From the NCBI RefSeq assembly GCF_009914755.1, contig NC_060927.1: 64,000 bases of DNA; one strand, 5' to 3'. The position numbers and the translations under genes are program-made. This stretch comes from the human T2T-CHM13v2.0 reference genome, Homo sapiens. Position 1 is the stretch's first letter. Each line of letters starts with the position of its first letter. The notes beneath the pieces were generated by a model. It saw nothing but the letters and a program-made list of their open reading frames with translations, did no database searches and was not told the DNA's origin. This document shows, in pieces, positions 1 through 13,075 of this stretch.

Positions 1-128
1 ATCCTTTTAGCAAATTTTAAATATATAGTACAGTATTGTTAGCTATAGGCACTATGCTGTATAGTAAATCTCCAGAACTTATTTATCTTACATAACTAAA
101 AATTGTTCAGTTATCTTTGACCATCATC
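1..128 (-). mobile_element. Old L1 (L1MA/L1MB-like) 3' end fragment, host of the SVA insertion
   Basis: GGCACTATGCTGTATAGTAAATCTCCAGAACTTATT resembles the reverse complement of L1M 3'UTR ends (from memory). Confidence 0.5.
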
Positions 129-131
129 TTT

Positions 132-1577
132 TTTTTTTTAATTTATTTTTTTATTGATAATTCTTGGGTGTTTCTCACAGAGGGGGATTTGGCAGGGTCA
201 TGGGACAATAGTGGAGGGAAGGTCAGCAGATAAACAAGTGAACAAAGGTCTCCGGTTTTCCTAGGCAGAGGACCCTGCGGCCTTCCGCAGTGTTTGTGTC
301 CCTGATTACTTGAGATTAGGGAGTGGTGATGACTCTTAACGAGCATGCTGCCTTCAAGCACCTGTTTAACAAAGCACATCTTGCACCGCCCTTAATCCAT
401 TTAACCCTGAGTGGACACAGCACATGTTTCAGAGAGCACAGGGTTGGGGGTAAGGTCACAGATCAACAGGATCCCAAGGCAGAAGAATTTTTCTTAGTAC
501 AGAACAAAATGAAAAGTCTCCCATGTCTACTTCTTTCTGCACAGACACGGCAACCATCCGATTTCTCAATCTTTTCCCCACCTTTCCCGCCTTTCTATTC
601 CACAAAGCCGCCATTGTCATCCTGGCCCTTTCTCAATGAGCTGTTGGGCACACCTCCCAGACGGGGTGGTGGCCGGGCAGAGGGGCTCCTCACTTCCCAG
701 TAGGGGCGGCCGGGCAGAGGCGCCCCTCACCTCCCGGACGGGGCGGCTGGCCGGGCGGGGGGCTGACCCCCCACCTCCCTCCCGGACGGGGCGGCTGCCG
801 GGCGGAGAGGCTCCTCACTTCTCAGACGGGGCGGCCTGGCAGAGACGCTCCTCACCTCCCAGACGGGGTCGCGGCTGGGCAGAGGCGCTCCTCACATCCC
901 AGATGGGACGGCGGGGCAGAGGCGCTCCCCACATCTCAGACGATGGGCGGCCGGGCAGAGACGCTCCTCACTTCCTAGATGTGATGGCGGCCGGGAAGAG
1001 GCGCTCCTCACTTCCTAGATGGGATGGCGGCCGGGCGGAGACGCTCCTCACTTTCCAGACTGGGCAGCCAGGCAGAGGGGCTCCTCACATCCCAGACGAT
1101 GGGCGGCCAGGCAGAGACACTCCTCACTTCCCAGACGGGGTGGCGGCTGGGCAGAGGCTGCAATCTCGGCATTTTGGGAGGCCAAGGCAGGCAGCTGGGA
1201 GGTGTAGGTTGTAGCGAGCCGAGATCACGCCACTGCACTCCAGCCTGGGCACCATTGAGCACTGAGTGAACGAGACTCCGTCTGCAATCCCGGCACCTCG
1301 GGAGGCCGAGGCTGGCGGATCACTCGCAGCTAGGAGCTGGAGACCAGCCCGGCCAACACAGCGAAACCCCGTCTCCACCAAAACCAGTCAGGCGTGGCGG
1401 CGCGTGCCTGCAATCGCAGGCACTCGGCAGGCTGAGGCAGGAGAATCAGGCAGAGAGGTTGCAGTGAACTGAGATGGCAGCAGTACAGTCCAGCTTCGGC
1501 TCCGCATGAGAGGGAGACCGTGGAAAGAGAGGGAGACCGTGGGGAGAGGGGAGAGGGGACAGGGGAGAGGGGAGAGG
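132..1577 (-). mobile_element. Full-length SVA retrotransposon
   Basis: On the + strand: poly-T tail (~129-152), SINE-R (~150-640), GC-rich VNTR (~640-1150), Alu-like domain (~1150-1500) and AGGGAG/GGGGAGA hexamer-type repeats (~1510-1577). This is the reverse of canonical SVA order. Exact TSD GACCATCATCTTT at 119-131 and 1578-1590. Confidence 0.96.
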
Positions 1578-2903
1578 GACCATCATCTTTACTTCCTTCT
1601 GTTATTAAGCTATTACCATTCATTATCCATCAATGTCAAAAACATCATTTGCTCATTCATTTATTCATGAGTATTTGAATCCCTATCATGTACCAGGCAC
1701 TGCTCAAGGCTCAGGAAAAACAATGGTGCATGTAAAAGACCCAAATGTCAGCCTTTGTGGAGCTTATTAAGAGTTATGATTCCTGGCCGTGCACAGTGAA
1801 TCATGCCTGTAATCCCAGCACTTTGGGAGGCCGAGGCGGGTGGATCACTTGAGGTCAGGAGCTCAAGACCAGCCTGGCCAGCTTGGAGAAACCCTGTCTC
1901 TACTAAAAGAATACAAAAATTAGCCAGGTGTCGTGGCGGGTCCCTGTAATCCCAGCTACTTGGGAGGCTGAGGGTAGGAGAATCACTTGAACCTGGGAGG
2001 CAGAGGTTGCAGTGAGTCAAGATCGTGCCATTGCACTCCAGCCTAGGTGACAGAGCAAGACTCTGTCTCAAAAAAAATACAGTTATAATTCCTGTCTTGT
2101 TTGAGAAATAATGCTTTGCAAAATTCCAACCACCTCAAGCATTGTTTAAAAAAAAAAAACAAAAAAAACTCTTCAGATTAATCCTCTGTGCAGAAAAAAT
2201 GTTTAAAAGATCAATTATCAATCATTGAATTACAGTTAGCCCATCAGCTCTTCCTAAATAGTACTTGCTTAAAGACCCACAAAGGTGCTCCAGCAGAGTG
2301 TTTATCAGAAACTACAGTTAACTTTCTTCTACTTTCCTCTCTGTCCTCCACTTTCTCTTTACTTTATTTAAGGGAAAGCAAGATGTGTTCCTCCAGGGGA
2401 TTGTTTCAGAAAATCCCTTTCTCATTTGGCTCATTTCCATGTAAACAGTGGTTTCCAGATGAGGTAATGGGTCTAATGGGAATTTGAATTATCTTCAAAG
2501 CATTAGTTAAAGGGGAGTCACCAGTTTAGGGGGCTGATCAGCCAGCGAATGCTCTGCTCTCTGTTTCTAGGTAATAATTAACAGAAGGTCTTCCGCAAGC
2601 AATAAATATCCTTTGATGTCCCCCATTAAATTGTCTCCTGATATCAGCTTTCTGTATTCTCCCTTGGTGGCACTTACTCAAATCTTACAGAGTCATTTAC
2701 CCAGGCTCAAGAGCAGAAAACTCATGAACTGCCTGGAGGTAGCATCTGAAAAGGAGAAGCCGTTACACACAATTCTTTTCCTCACCCCACTCCCAAAAAC
2801 TTACACTGGGCCAGGCATGGGGCTCACACCTGTAATCCCAGCACTGGGCGGGGAGCTCATGCCTGTAATCCCAGCGATTTGGGAGGCTGAGGAGGCCGGA
2901 TCA

Positions 2904-3140
<237 letters not shown>

Positions 3141-6100
3141 TTACACTGCAGCTAACAGTTTTCTAGAAAGGTAGGCTATTACCACAGAACTTCACTATCA
3201 ATGCCCACCTTTATAACTCAAAGACAGACCAAATTTACTGAGAAAAAGCCATGCAATCCAACAGAAAAATAAGTAAAACTTGAACAGATACTTCACAAAA
3301 CAAGAAATCCAAATTGTCAATGAAAAGGTGTAAACCTCATTAGTTATCACGCAAATTGCAACCACACTGATACACACTATCCTGGCACTGTAATAGCCAC
3401 AAATAAGGCGGGGGACAAAAAGAATGCCAAGTGTGGGTAAAGATTCAGAGTAACTGGAACTCTAATGTTGGTGAGGTTGTAAAGTGGTATAACCATTTTG
3501 GAAAACAATTTGGTAGTATCTAGTAAAGTTAAAGATATACATACACATGAAAAAAATTATAGTATATTCAAGCAGGAATATCATTTAACAACAAAACTGA
3601 TCAACTTCAGCTACATGCGGCGATATGAGTAACTCTTACAGCATAATGTTGAGGGCAAAAAGACACAAAAGAATTTATACAGGCTGGGCACAGTGGCTCA
3701 TGCCTTTAATCCCAGCACGTTTGAAGGCTGAGACAGGCAGATCACTTGAGCTCAGGAGTTCGAGATCAGCCTAGCCAACATGGCAAAACCCCCTTTTGTA
3801 CAAAAAATACAAAAATTAGCTGGGCGTGGTGGTGCACGCCTGTAGTTCCAGCTACTCAGGAGGCTGAGGCATAAGAATCGCTTAAACCCGGGAGGCAGAG
3901 GTTGCAGTGAGCCAATATTGCACACTGCACTCCAGCCTGAGTGACAGAGTGAGACTGTCTCAAAAGAAATATAAAAGAATATATAGACTATGATTTATAC
4001 AAAGCTTGAAAACACACAAAAACTATGCAATATTGTTTAAGGATGTACGCAGACGTGGTTAAACTATAAAGAAAAGAAAGAAAGTGATTAACATAAAGAA
4101 AACAGTTTCTCCTGGAAAGAGGGCAGGGATTATAATCAGAAATTGATAGGTGGATTACTCTGAAGTGCTCACAATGTTTAATTTTTTAATCTGAATGCCA
4201 GTTACATGGATGTTTCCCTTATAAATATTGTTAAACTGTGTGAATTAATTGATGCATATTTCTAAACAAATGCGCAATATTTTCCGAAAAAAATGTTTTA
4301 AAAGGTAGAGCTGGGACAAGCTAGGTAACACCATTGCTCATCTCCCTTGGCCTCTCACCTTATCAGTTATTTTGATGTTTCTTATTTTTAACATTATTTC
4401 TTATCTGGGAAATGTTTTCTTTGAGAAAGGAATAAGAAATGTAGGGGTTATTTTTATCTCATAGATTCCCCACACATAAATAGAAAAGCAGAAGAAAAGA
4501 GGAATCAGCAGAATAAAATAAAGAATTGCTTCTGTCACTGTGAAGGCTAAACATTCGAATGCTAATTTTACTGCAAAGTCTGTGACATATAAATCCCTGT
4601 ATTTTCTGAGTCTCATTCCCTCAGCAGAAAGAGAAAATAGTAATTGCCTTCTTCACTAGGGTGGGGAGGGAATACTTGCCTGTGAAGCAGCGTTATCTCG
4701 TCAGCTCTTTGAAGCTTCCTTCAAATCTTGCAATATGAAAACAAACAAGCAGCACAACGTCAGAAGAAAAGAAACCACATAAGAAAATAAAAAGATACAA
4801 AGCAAAATCTCAGTGTTGAAAAATTTATATATTACTCGTTTATTAATAAATCAGAAACTACAAGAAGCTATCACCCATTCATTCACTTATTCATTCAACA
4901 AACATTGACTGATCCTTTACTACTCTTAAACATTGTGGGAGCTGAATAAGACATGGTTCCTGTTCTGAAAAAGCTTACAATTGAGTCAAGAAAAAAACGT
5001 CTGTACATACTTCTTCCCTGGAGCCCAGGAGTTCAAGACCAGCCTGGGCAGCACGGTGAAACCCCAGATTCTACAAAAAATACAAACATTTTTTGGGAAT
5101 GACAGCATGCCTGTAGTCCCAGGTACTCAGCAGGCCGAGGTGGGAGAATCACTTAAACCCAGGTCAAGGCTGCATTGAGCCACAATTACACCACTGCCTT
5201 TCAGCCTAGGCAACAAAAAATTTGGGGGAAAAAAAATACCTCACAATTTAATAAGTATGAGTCCCTGCTTTAAATTACCCATAAATCATAATTTTCTCTC
5301 TTGTAGCAGATAAGTGCTTACGTTTTGGATACAATCCTTATTTCATAAACTTGCAGATGACAATCCCCATACGTTCCCAGTTGTTGCATCTCTCGTCACT
5401 CTAAGTGATTCTCAAACTGGGGAACCTAGTCATGGAAATTCATTTGATGAGACAACTAAGTTAAATTTGGAAGTTCAGTCACAAAGAAAACAACTGTTTT
5501 TTGGGAAAGGCAGTTCTGACTTGTGTGTAGATTTGCATGTGGTGTTGCACGATGTATTGTGATTGGATAAAACCCTAATAGTGTTTTCTCCGTTCAGAAG
5601 CAGGGGACTAATTATAAGAAAACACTTAGCAGATTGAACTGAGGCATTAACATAGGGGGTTAATTAGCATTTCCACCCTGGGGAAACTCAAAGACGTTTC
5701 CGCTGACCTTCATGAGCTAAGTTAACCAAATCTTGCATAGACTTTCATCCTAAGAAGTCTAATTTTAACGGTTGCTTAGAATACATTATAGACTAACTCA
5801 TTATAGATCCTCAACTCTGGCCTCTCATTAGAACGACTTGATGAATTGTATATGTACATTTTTTTATGCTTATGACCTGACCCTTATCCCAGAGTTCCTT
5901 GATGAGATTATTTGTGCCTATATTTTTAGAAAGCTCCGCAGGTGACTCCTATGCCAACCAGGATTTAGAATCAGAAAAATGAGCTGCAATAAAGAAATCT
6001 GGTTCTAACCCAGGTCTGCCACGACTAGCTACTTTAACTTTGAGCAATTCCCTAAAATCTGTCTTAGCCCCAAATCCTCATTAATAAAAGAGGGATAATA

Positions 6101-6225
6101 ATGATTATAACTACCTCCCACTATCTCATGTAAGAGAAAAATCCTGAGACTACAGGTGTTATAAAAGTGCTCCAAAATGTTTCATATGAACGCTGATTTA
6201 TTGTGATTATCAAATCCAATGATTA

Positions 6226-6534
<309 letters not shown>

Positions 6535-6539
6535 TCACT

Positions 6540-6965
6540 TCCTTTTACGGTTTACCAACATTGGAATTTGGCCTCTAGTTTCTTGAAATATTGTTTGCTC
6601 GTGGATTCCATGACATGACACTCTCTCGTTTTCTCTTACCTCGGGGACCATGACTCTTCCATCTTCTTTTCTGGCTTTCCTGCTTTGTTGGAGCTCTAAA
6701 CAGTGGACTACCCAGGGCTCAGTTGTGGTTTTTCTCCTTTTCTCTGTATACATTCTCTCCTTAGTGATCCCATCCAATTTCATGAGACCCATGGTTTAAA
6801 ATAGGCATCTCTATAATCATGAGTCCCAAATTTACATCTGTAGCCCTCATGGTTGTTAACCATCCAAGCACCTACTTGACTTCCCCATTTGGAGGTCTAC
6901 ACCATCTACTGAAGATGTCCAAAAGAGAATTCCTAGTTCTCACTCCCAAAATTGTTCATCCCAAC
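6540..6965. mobile_element. L2 LINE fragment
   Basis: Pyrimidine-rich degenerate sequence with L2-like motifs (CCATGACACTCTCTCGTTTTCTC, CCAGGGCTCAG, CTCACTCCCAAA). Confidence 0.5.
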
Positions 6966-6974
6966 AATTTCCAA

Positions 6975-8824
6975 TGTGTGTGTGATTTATTACAAGGAGT
7001 TGGTTTATGCCATTGTAGGGGCTGTCTAAGCAAGTTCACAATCCAAACAGCAGGTAGTCCAGAAAGGAATATTGGTCAGACTTGAGCTCAGCAGGCACAG
7101 GCTAAAGCCATTGTATCATCTCCCCTCTCTCTCCTCTCTCCCTCAAAGACTGTCTGACAATGGGCCAATAATCAAGTTATTCAAAGGAGATTCCATGCTC
7201 CCCACCATAGAATCTGCTCCCCACCTAATGCCGTGGGCTGGCGTTAGGTATTGTAGAGCACTAAAACAGTCTTCTCGAAAGATCAACCCCCAAAATTTCT
7301 TAGTCTATCTCTCTCACCTCCTTCTGGTTCAAACACTTTAATAAGGTGGTTTGGTCAATGCATGTGGCTATCCCCAGAGAGAGATCATTTCCTTTTAGCC
7401 TCCTTCTTTGTAATGATCAGGAAGAAAGAAGGGGTTATATAGACCTATTTTGAAAATGTGAGATTTTTACCCCGACCATTTCTGAGTACAATGATTCTTT
7501 TATTCCACTAACAGCAGCCCCAGACTTGTGTGATTGGTATACTTTCCGTGTAACAGTCAGGCAAAAAAGATGCCTAAGCATTCAAAATTACTTGATTCTC
7601 TTATTGAATTCAAACTTGTTGGACTGACATGGTCCTAGATCCTAGAGGTAATGATCACTTGGTTCAGTACATCAATCACCAAGTCCTTGTAGAGTGGTCT
7701 GTGTGAGCCAAGGTGGAAGATATAATGGATCTCTGTAAATTTCATTAAAATGCCCTTGTTCCTCTCATACCTGATCCCCCTGGGTACAAATAGGAGATTC
7801 TTAGAAAAAAAGGTACGGTTACCAGAATGGACACATCAATTTTGTGGCCATGAAGGGAAAGCAACACCCTAGCACCAGAGTAGGGAATACCTTAGACCCT
7901 GGGAAGTAGAGGGAGGGGCAGAAGAGTTTATGCTCTCTCTGTCTGTTATACCCACCAACACAGTCTGGCAAAATGATCTTGTGGTCTACTTGTAACAAGC
8001 AGCAGCTGTGAGGGGAAATCTGACCTACCACTGAGTTTGTCATCCCTGTCTATATGCTAATGAAAACACAGAAGCTCATGTGGATATGTCTGGTGCTGAA
8101 TTATTCCCCTATGCCTGAGACCACCGATGACAGTTCCTGAATGTGCCCTTCACCATTTGTGTACAAACACAAGGACCAGCACAACCTTGTTTCAATCTCA
8201 CTGATACGTATTTGTATACTTCTCCTGATACCCAAAGGAGCCTTAGAGGGCAAGGGTTAGATTGTTGGGAGAGGCTTCACCATGAGCCCTGAGCTTCCTT
8301 GCACATTCTTGCTGAGAATGCTCAGAACACAAGGCCCTCAGAGCTCTTCACCCAGGCCATTTCTCAGGGTGATAGTTGCCATGAGTAACCTTGTGGGATG
8401 AAGTAATGTTTCCTTCCCGGACAAAGAGCAGGCTGTTTACAGCCTCAGCTTCAGTGTTCTTCTCCTGTAAGACCACTGTGTGTTCAGTCACCCATCAGTG
8501 TCACTCACATTACTCCGTGGAACTTGAGGGGCAAGAGGAGCTGATGCCAAAATGCTTATTCTCATTCAGCTTATTGTACCACCAATATGAAATCCTTTTT
8601 CTCTGTCCCAAGATTCTTATATCTCCTGTCAGCATTCATGAAATAATAACAAGCTAACTTATTAGCTTGTACACAGGGCACAATCAGACCCCTGATCTGA
8701 TTTATATAAGGCCAAATTTCTGATTTAAAAAATCTGTGTGTATTTAAAATATACATGTGTGTGTGTATATATATGTATGGCTCCTAATGGTTCTGATTCT
8801 TTGATTGAACATTCACTGATACAT
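6975..8824. mobile_element. Degenerate ERVL/MLT2-type LTR region with a nested second LTR (~8272-8697)
   Basis: MLT2-like motifs GATTTATTACAAGGAGTTGG (~6985) and CTCCTAATGGTTCTGATTCT...CACTGATACA (~8780-8824). The internal portion is not confidently assignable. Confidence 0.4.
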
Positions 8825-8829
8825 CTGTT

Positions 8830-9490
8830 AAAAGGCTTCTATCCAGACTATAACAAGAATCCTTACAACTCTTACAACTCAGTAAGAAGATAAACAACTC
8901 GATCGAAAAAATAATTGGCAAAAGATTTTAATAAGCACTTTTCCAAAGTCAGTAGGAAAATAAAAATTAAAATCACAGTGAGATACCGGTTTTAAAAACT
9001 GAAAATACCGAGTTTACAGAGAAAGTGAATAAACTGAAACTATCATCCATTGGTGAGAATGTAAAGTAGTGCCGCCTATTTTGAAATAGTTTGGCAGCAT
9101 TAAAAAAGTTAAACATACTACCCATATGACCCAGCAATTCTACTACTAGATATCTGCCCAAGAGAGATGAAAACATACATCTACACGGAGACTTGTACAT
9201 GAATATTGCAGTATTAGTATTATTACAGTAACAGTATTATTCATAGTAGCCCAAAGTAGAAACATAATAGCCCAAAAGTAGAAACAATGCAAATGTCTAT
9301 CAACTGGTGAATGGATATACCAAATGTGGTATATCCATAAATGGAATATTACTCAGCAATAAAAATGAATGACTACTGATATATGCAACAATATTGATGA
9401 ATCTCAAAGGCATGTGTTAAGGGAAAGAAGCCAGACAAAAGACGATTTATTATGGTATTTCATTTGTATGAAATTTCTAAAAAAGCAAAT
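8830..9490 (+). mobile_element. Old L1 (L1MB/L1MC-like) ORF2 end/3'UTR fragment
   Basis: CCATATGACCCAGCAATTC, CAAATGTCTATCAACTGGTGAATGGATA and ATGGAATATTACTCAGCAATAAAAA are typical L1 3' motifs. Confidence 0.75.
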
Positions 9491-9494
9491 TCAT

Positions 9495-10058
9495 TATCTG
9501 TTGCTGCATCACAAACTTAGTGGCATAAAACAGCACACATTTATTATCTTCCACACAATATTATCAACACACATTTGTTCTCTCCCTCTGGGTCCCACTA
9601 GGCTGTAATCCAGGTGTTGGCCAGGGCTGCAGTCCCATCAGAGGCTCAACTGAAGAAAGGTCTATCTCAGCATTCCCTTAGGTTATTGACAGAAGTCACT
9701 TGTTGGAGGCTGGAGAACTGAGAGGCTGCCACGACCTGCCCACAGTTCCCTATCACATGACCCTCTTAATGGCTGTCACATAGCAGCTTGCTTCTTCAAG
9801 GCTTTCAGGAGGGCAAGAGAGAGCCAATCTGCCAGCAAGTCAGGATCTTATATAATGTAACATAAGCACAGGAATGACATCTCATCACATTTGTTATGCT
9901 AACTTAATCACAGAGGTGACATCCCATCACGTTTGCCATATCCCATTGGTTAAAAGCAAGTCATAGGTTCTGCCCATACCCAAGGAGAGGGTATTATACG
10001 AAGGCATGAACACCGGGGGTAGGAATCATGCAGGTCACCTCGGGGTCTGTCCACCACA
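9495..10058 (-). mobile_element. MLT1-family MaLR LTR
   Basis: CAAACTTAGTGGCATAAAACAGCACACATTTATTATCT and CAAGGTGTTGGCCAGGGCTG-like motifs. Confidence 0.6.
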
Positions 10059-10927
10059 GAAAGGCAGAAGTATAAAGACCAAAAGCAGATTGATGGCTGC
10101 CTGTAAAACAAAACAAAACAAAACAAAACTGTCTCTACAATTAAATAGTTTCAAATATCCTCCCTGAAGACCTTATTTCTGTTCTTTCAAATGTCATCAA
10201 CAACTTTTTGAAACCTCTCAGTCATTTGTAGAACTCCTGACTGTTCACTGAGTTCCATTCTGAATTTACACCCTCATGTAAATGATATCCAAGAGACTGA
10301 CTGAGCTCACTCATGCACCCTCTTACAAGGCTCTTACTTTGTCTTGCTTTCCCTACCTTTATTTATTTATTTGTTTGTGTGTTTGTTTGTTTTATTGTGT
10401 TCATTTTTGAGACAGGGTCTCGCTCTGTTGCTCAGGCTGGAATGCAGTGGTGCGACCACAGCCTTGACCTCTTGGGCCCAAGCAATTCTCCCATCTCAGC
10501 CTCCCGAGTGGCTGAGACTGCAGGCATGAGCCACCGCACCTAATTATTTTATTTTGATTTTTGTAGAGACATTCTTACTATGTTGCCCAGGCTGCTCTTG
10601 AACTTCTGGACTCAAGTGATCCACCCGCCTCAGCCTCCCAGTGTTGGGATAATGGTGAGTCACTGCGCCCAGCAACACCTACATTTCTGTTTTCACCAAG
10701 CAAAGCAGAGATATGGAGGGAGAAAAGTGGGAACACAAGAGTAGGAAAAGGAGCCAAAACATGTTTCTTCAATGCTTCCCTCTCTACACATTAAAAAAAG
10801 AAAGCTAACAAATGTAAATTTGTAATACCAATAATTATATGAGAAGGGTATTTGTTAATTGCTATACAAGACTCACTGCTGTCTTCTCCTACAATTATTT
10901 CTAAAATCCGTATAAAATGACTTTTTA

Positions 10928-11248
<321 letters not shown>

Positions 11249-11364
11249 TCAAAAAAAAAAGAATGAACTTTATATAAAACTACAATATTACAATTTCTGA
11301 AGAAGCAAGACATATCAGATCATAGAGTTCTCAAATGTAACTGTATAATATTGTTCTCTTTTTC

Positions 11365-11871
11365 AGTATAGCAGAGGCAAAACTTTACCCTCTTAGAATT
11401 TTCAGCTGGGCCTGAGAATTAAATTGACATAAAACAGATTAACAGAAGAAAAGCACATGAATTTATTTAGTGTAAGTTTTATGTGACACAGAATTTTTTA
11501 TAAGAAAATGAAGACCCAAAGAAGTGGCACAACCTAAATGCTTTTATACTGGTTTGAACAGAGAGAGGCAATTGTGGAAAAGTAACTAAAATATATGGGG
11601 AGGCTAGAGGCAGATAAGAGCTATTTTAACAAGTTTTGTTTGTACAGAATTCTCTGTGCTTCAACTCCCTGTCCCTAGTGATAAAAATGTTATTTCCTCC
11701 TAGTGTAGGGAGGATACCTTTCATACAGCAGTTTTATCTCTTACTTTCAGGAAGAAAAGAGACACTCAGAACATTCTTCTTATACCTGTTGTTTTTTAAG
11801 TCCCTTTAGCTCAAAATAATTCTTACGCCAAAGTGGCATATTTCGGGGTGACATATTTTGCCACCCTTCAT
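11365..11871 (-). mobile_element. MER34-like ERV1 LTR
   Basis: The reverse complement begins TGATGAAGGGTGGCAAAATATGTCACCCCGAAATATGCCACTTTGGCGTAAGAATTATTTTGAGCTAAAGG, resembling the MER34 5' end (from memory). Confidence 0.5.
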
Positions 11872-12006
11872 CAGAGACATTATCCTTTTTGTAAGAAATT
11901 GAAAAAGAATTCAATGTCCTTTTTATGTTAAATGTTTGATCTACAGGGGAGTAGAAACGTTCTTTTGACTGATATGTGCCCATTTCCCAAAGATATAGAG
12001 CACTAG

Positions 12007-12333
<327 letters not shown>

Positions 12334-12673
12334 TAGCCACCATGCCCGTCCTTAAGATATCTTTTCCTATAAATTTTTTCTTTAATTTTTGAGGCCAATT
12401 ACAATTTGTCTATGCTACATATTAAAGGAAAACAAGATTACATTTAGCACAAAAATATGTCTTATTTTTGGTTTACCGAAGCCACACATAATGGTCTTGG
12501 GTAAAAAACATCCTGAGTTCAAGAAGCTCCAGGACCACTGAAACGGAAAACAACAATAATCACAGATATAGAGAATTAACAGTCTTTTCTACTCAAAAGA
12601 TTCTTGGTAGGAGAAAGAGAAATCCTTTATCCACATGTAATTTAGAAAAAAAACTATAAGCTAGCTTCTCCTA

Positions 12674-13075
<402 letters not shown>

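Noticed and set aside
640-1150. Regularly spaced ~35-50 bp repeats resembling a CRISPR-like array
   Set aside because: This is the SVA VNTR: tandem degenerate units with no unique spacers and no cas genes, in a eukaryotic context.
143-1623. Overlapping ORFs of 60-192 aa
   Set aside because: All lie within the SVA SINE-R, VNTR or Alu-like domains; GC-rich repeats are stop-poor.
7330-7750. Possible retroviral RT remnant (LVQYINH resembling LVHYIDD)
   Set aside because: Too degenerate and frame-broken to support without a profile-HMM search; at most a dead ERVL internal fragment.
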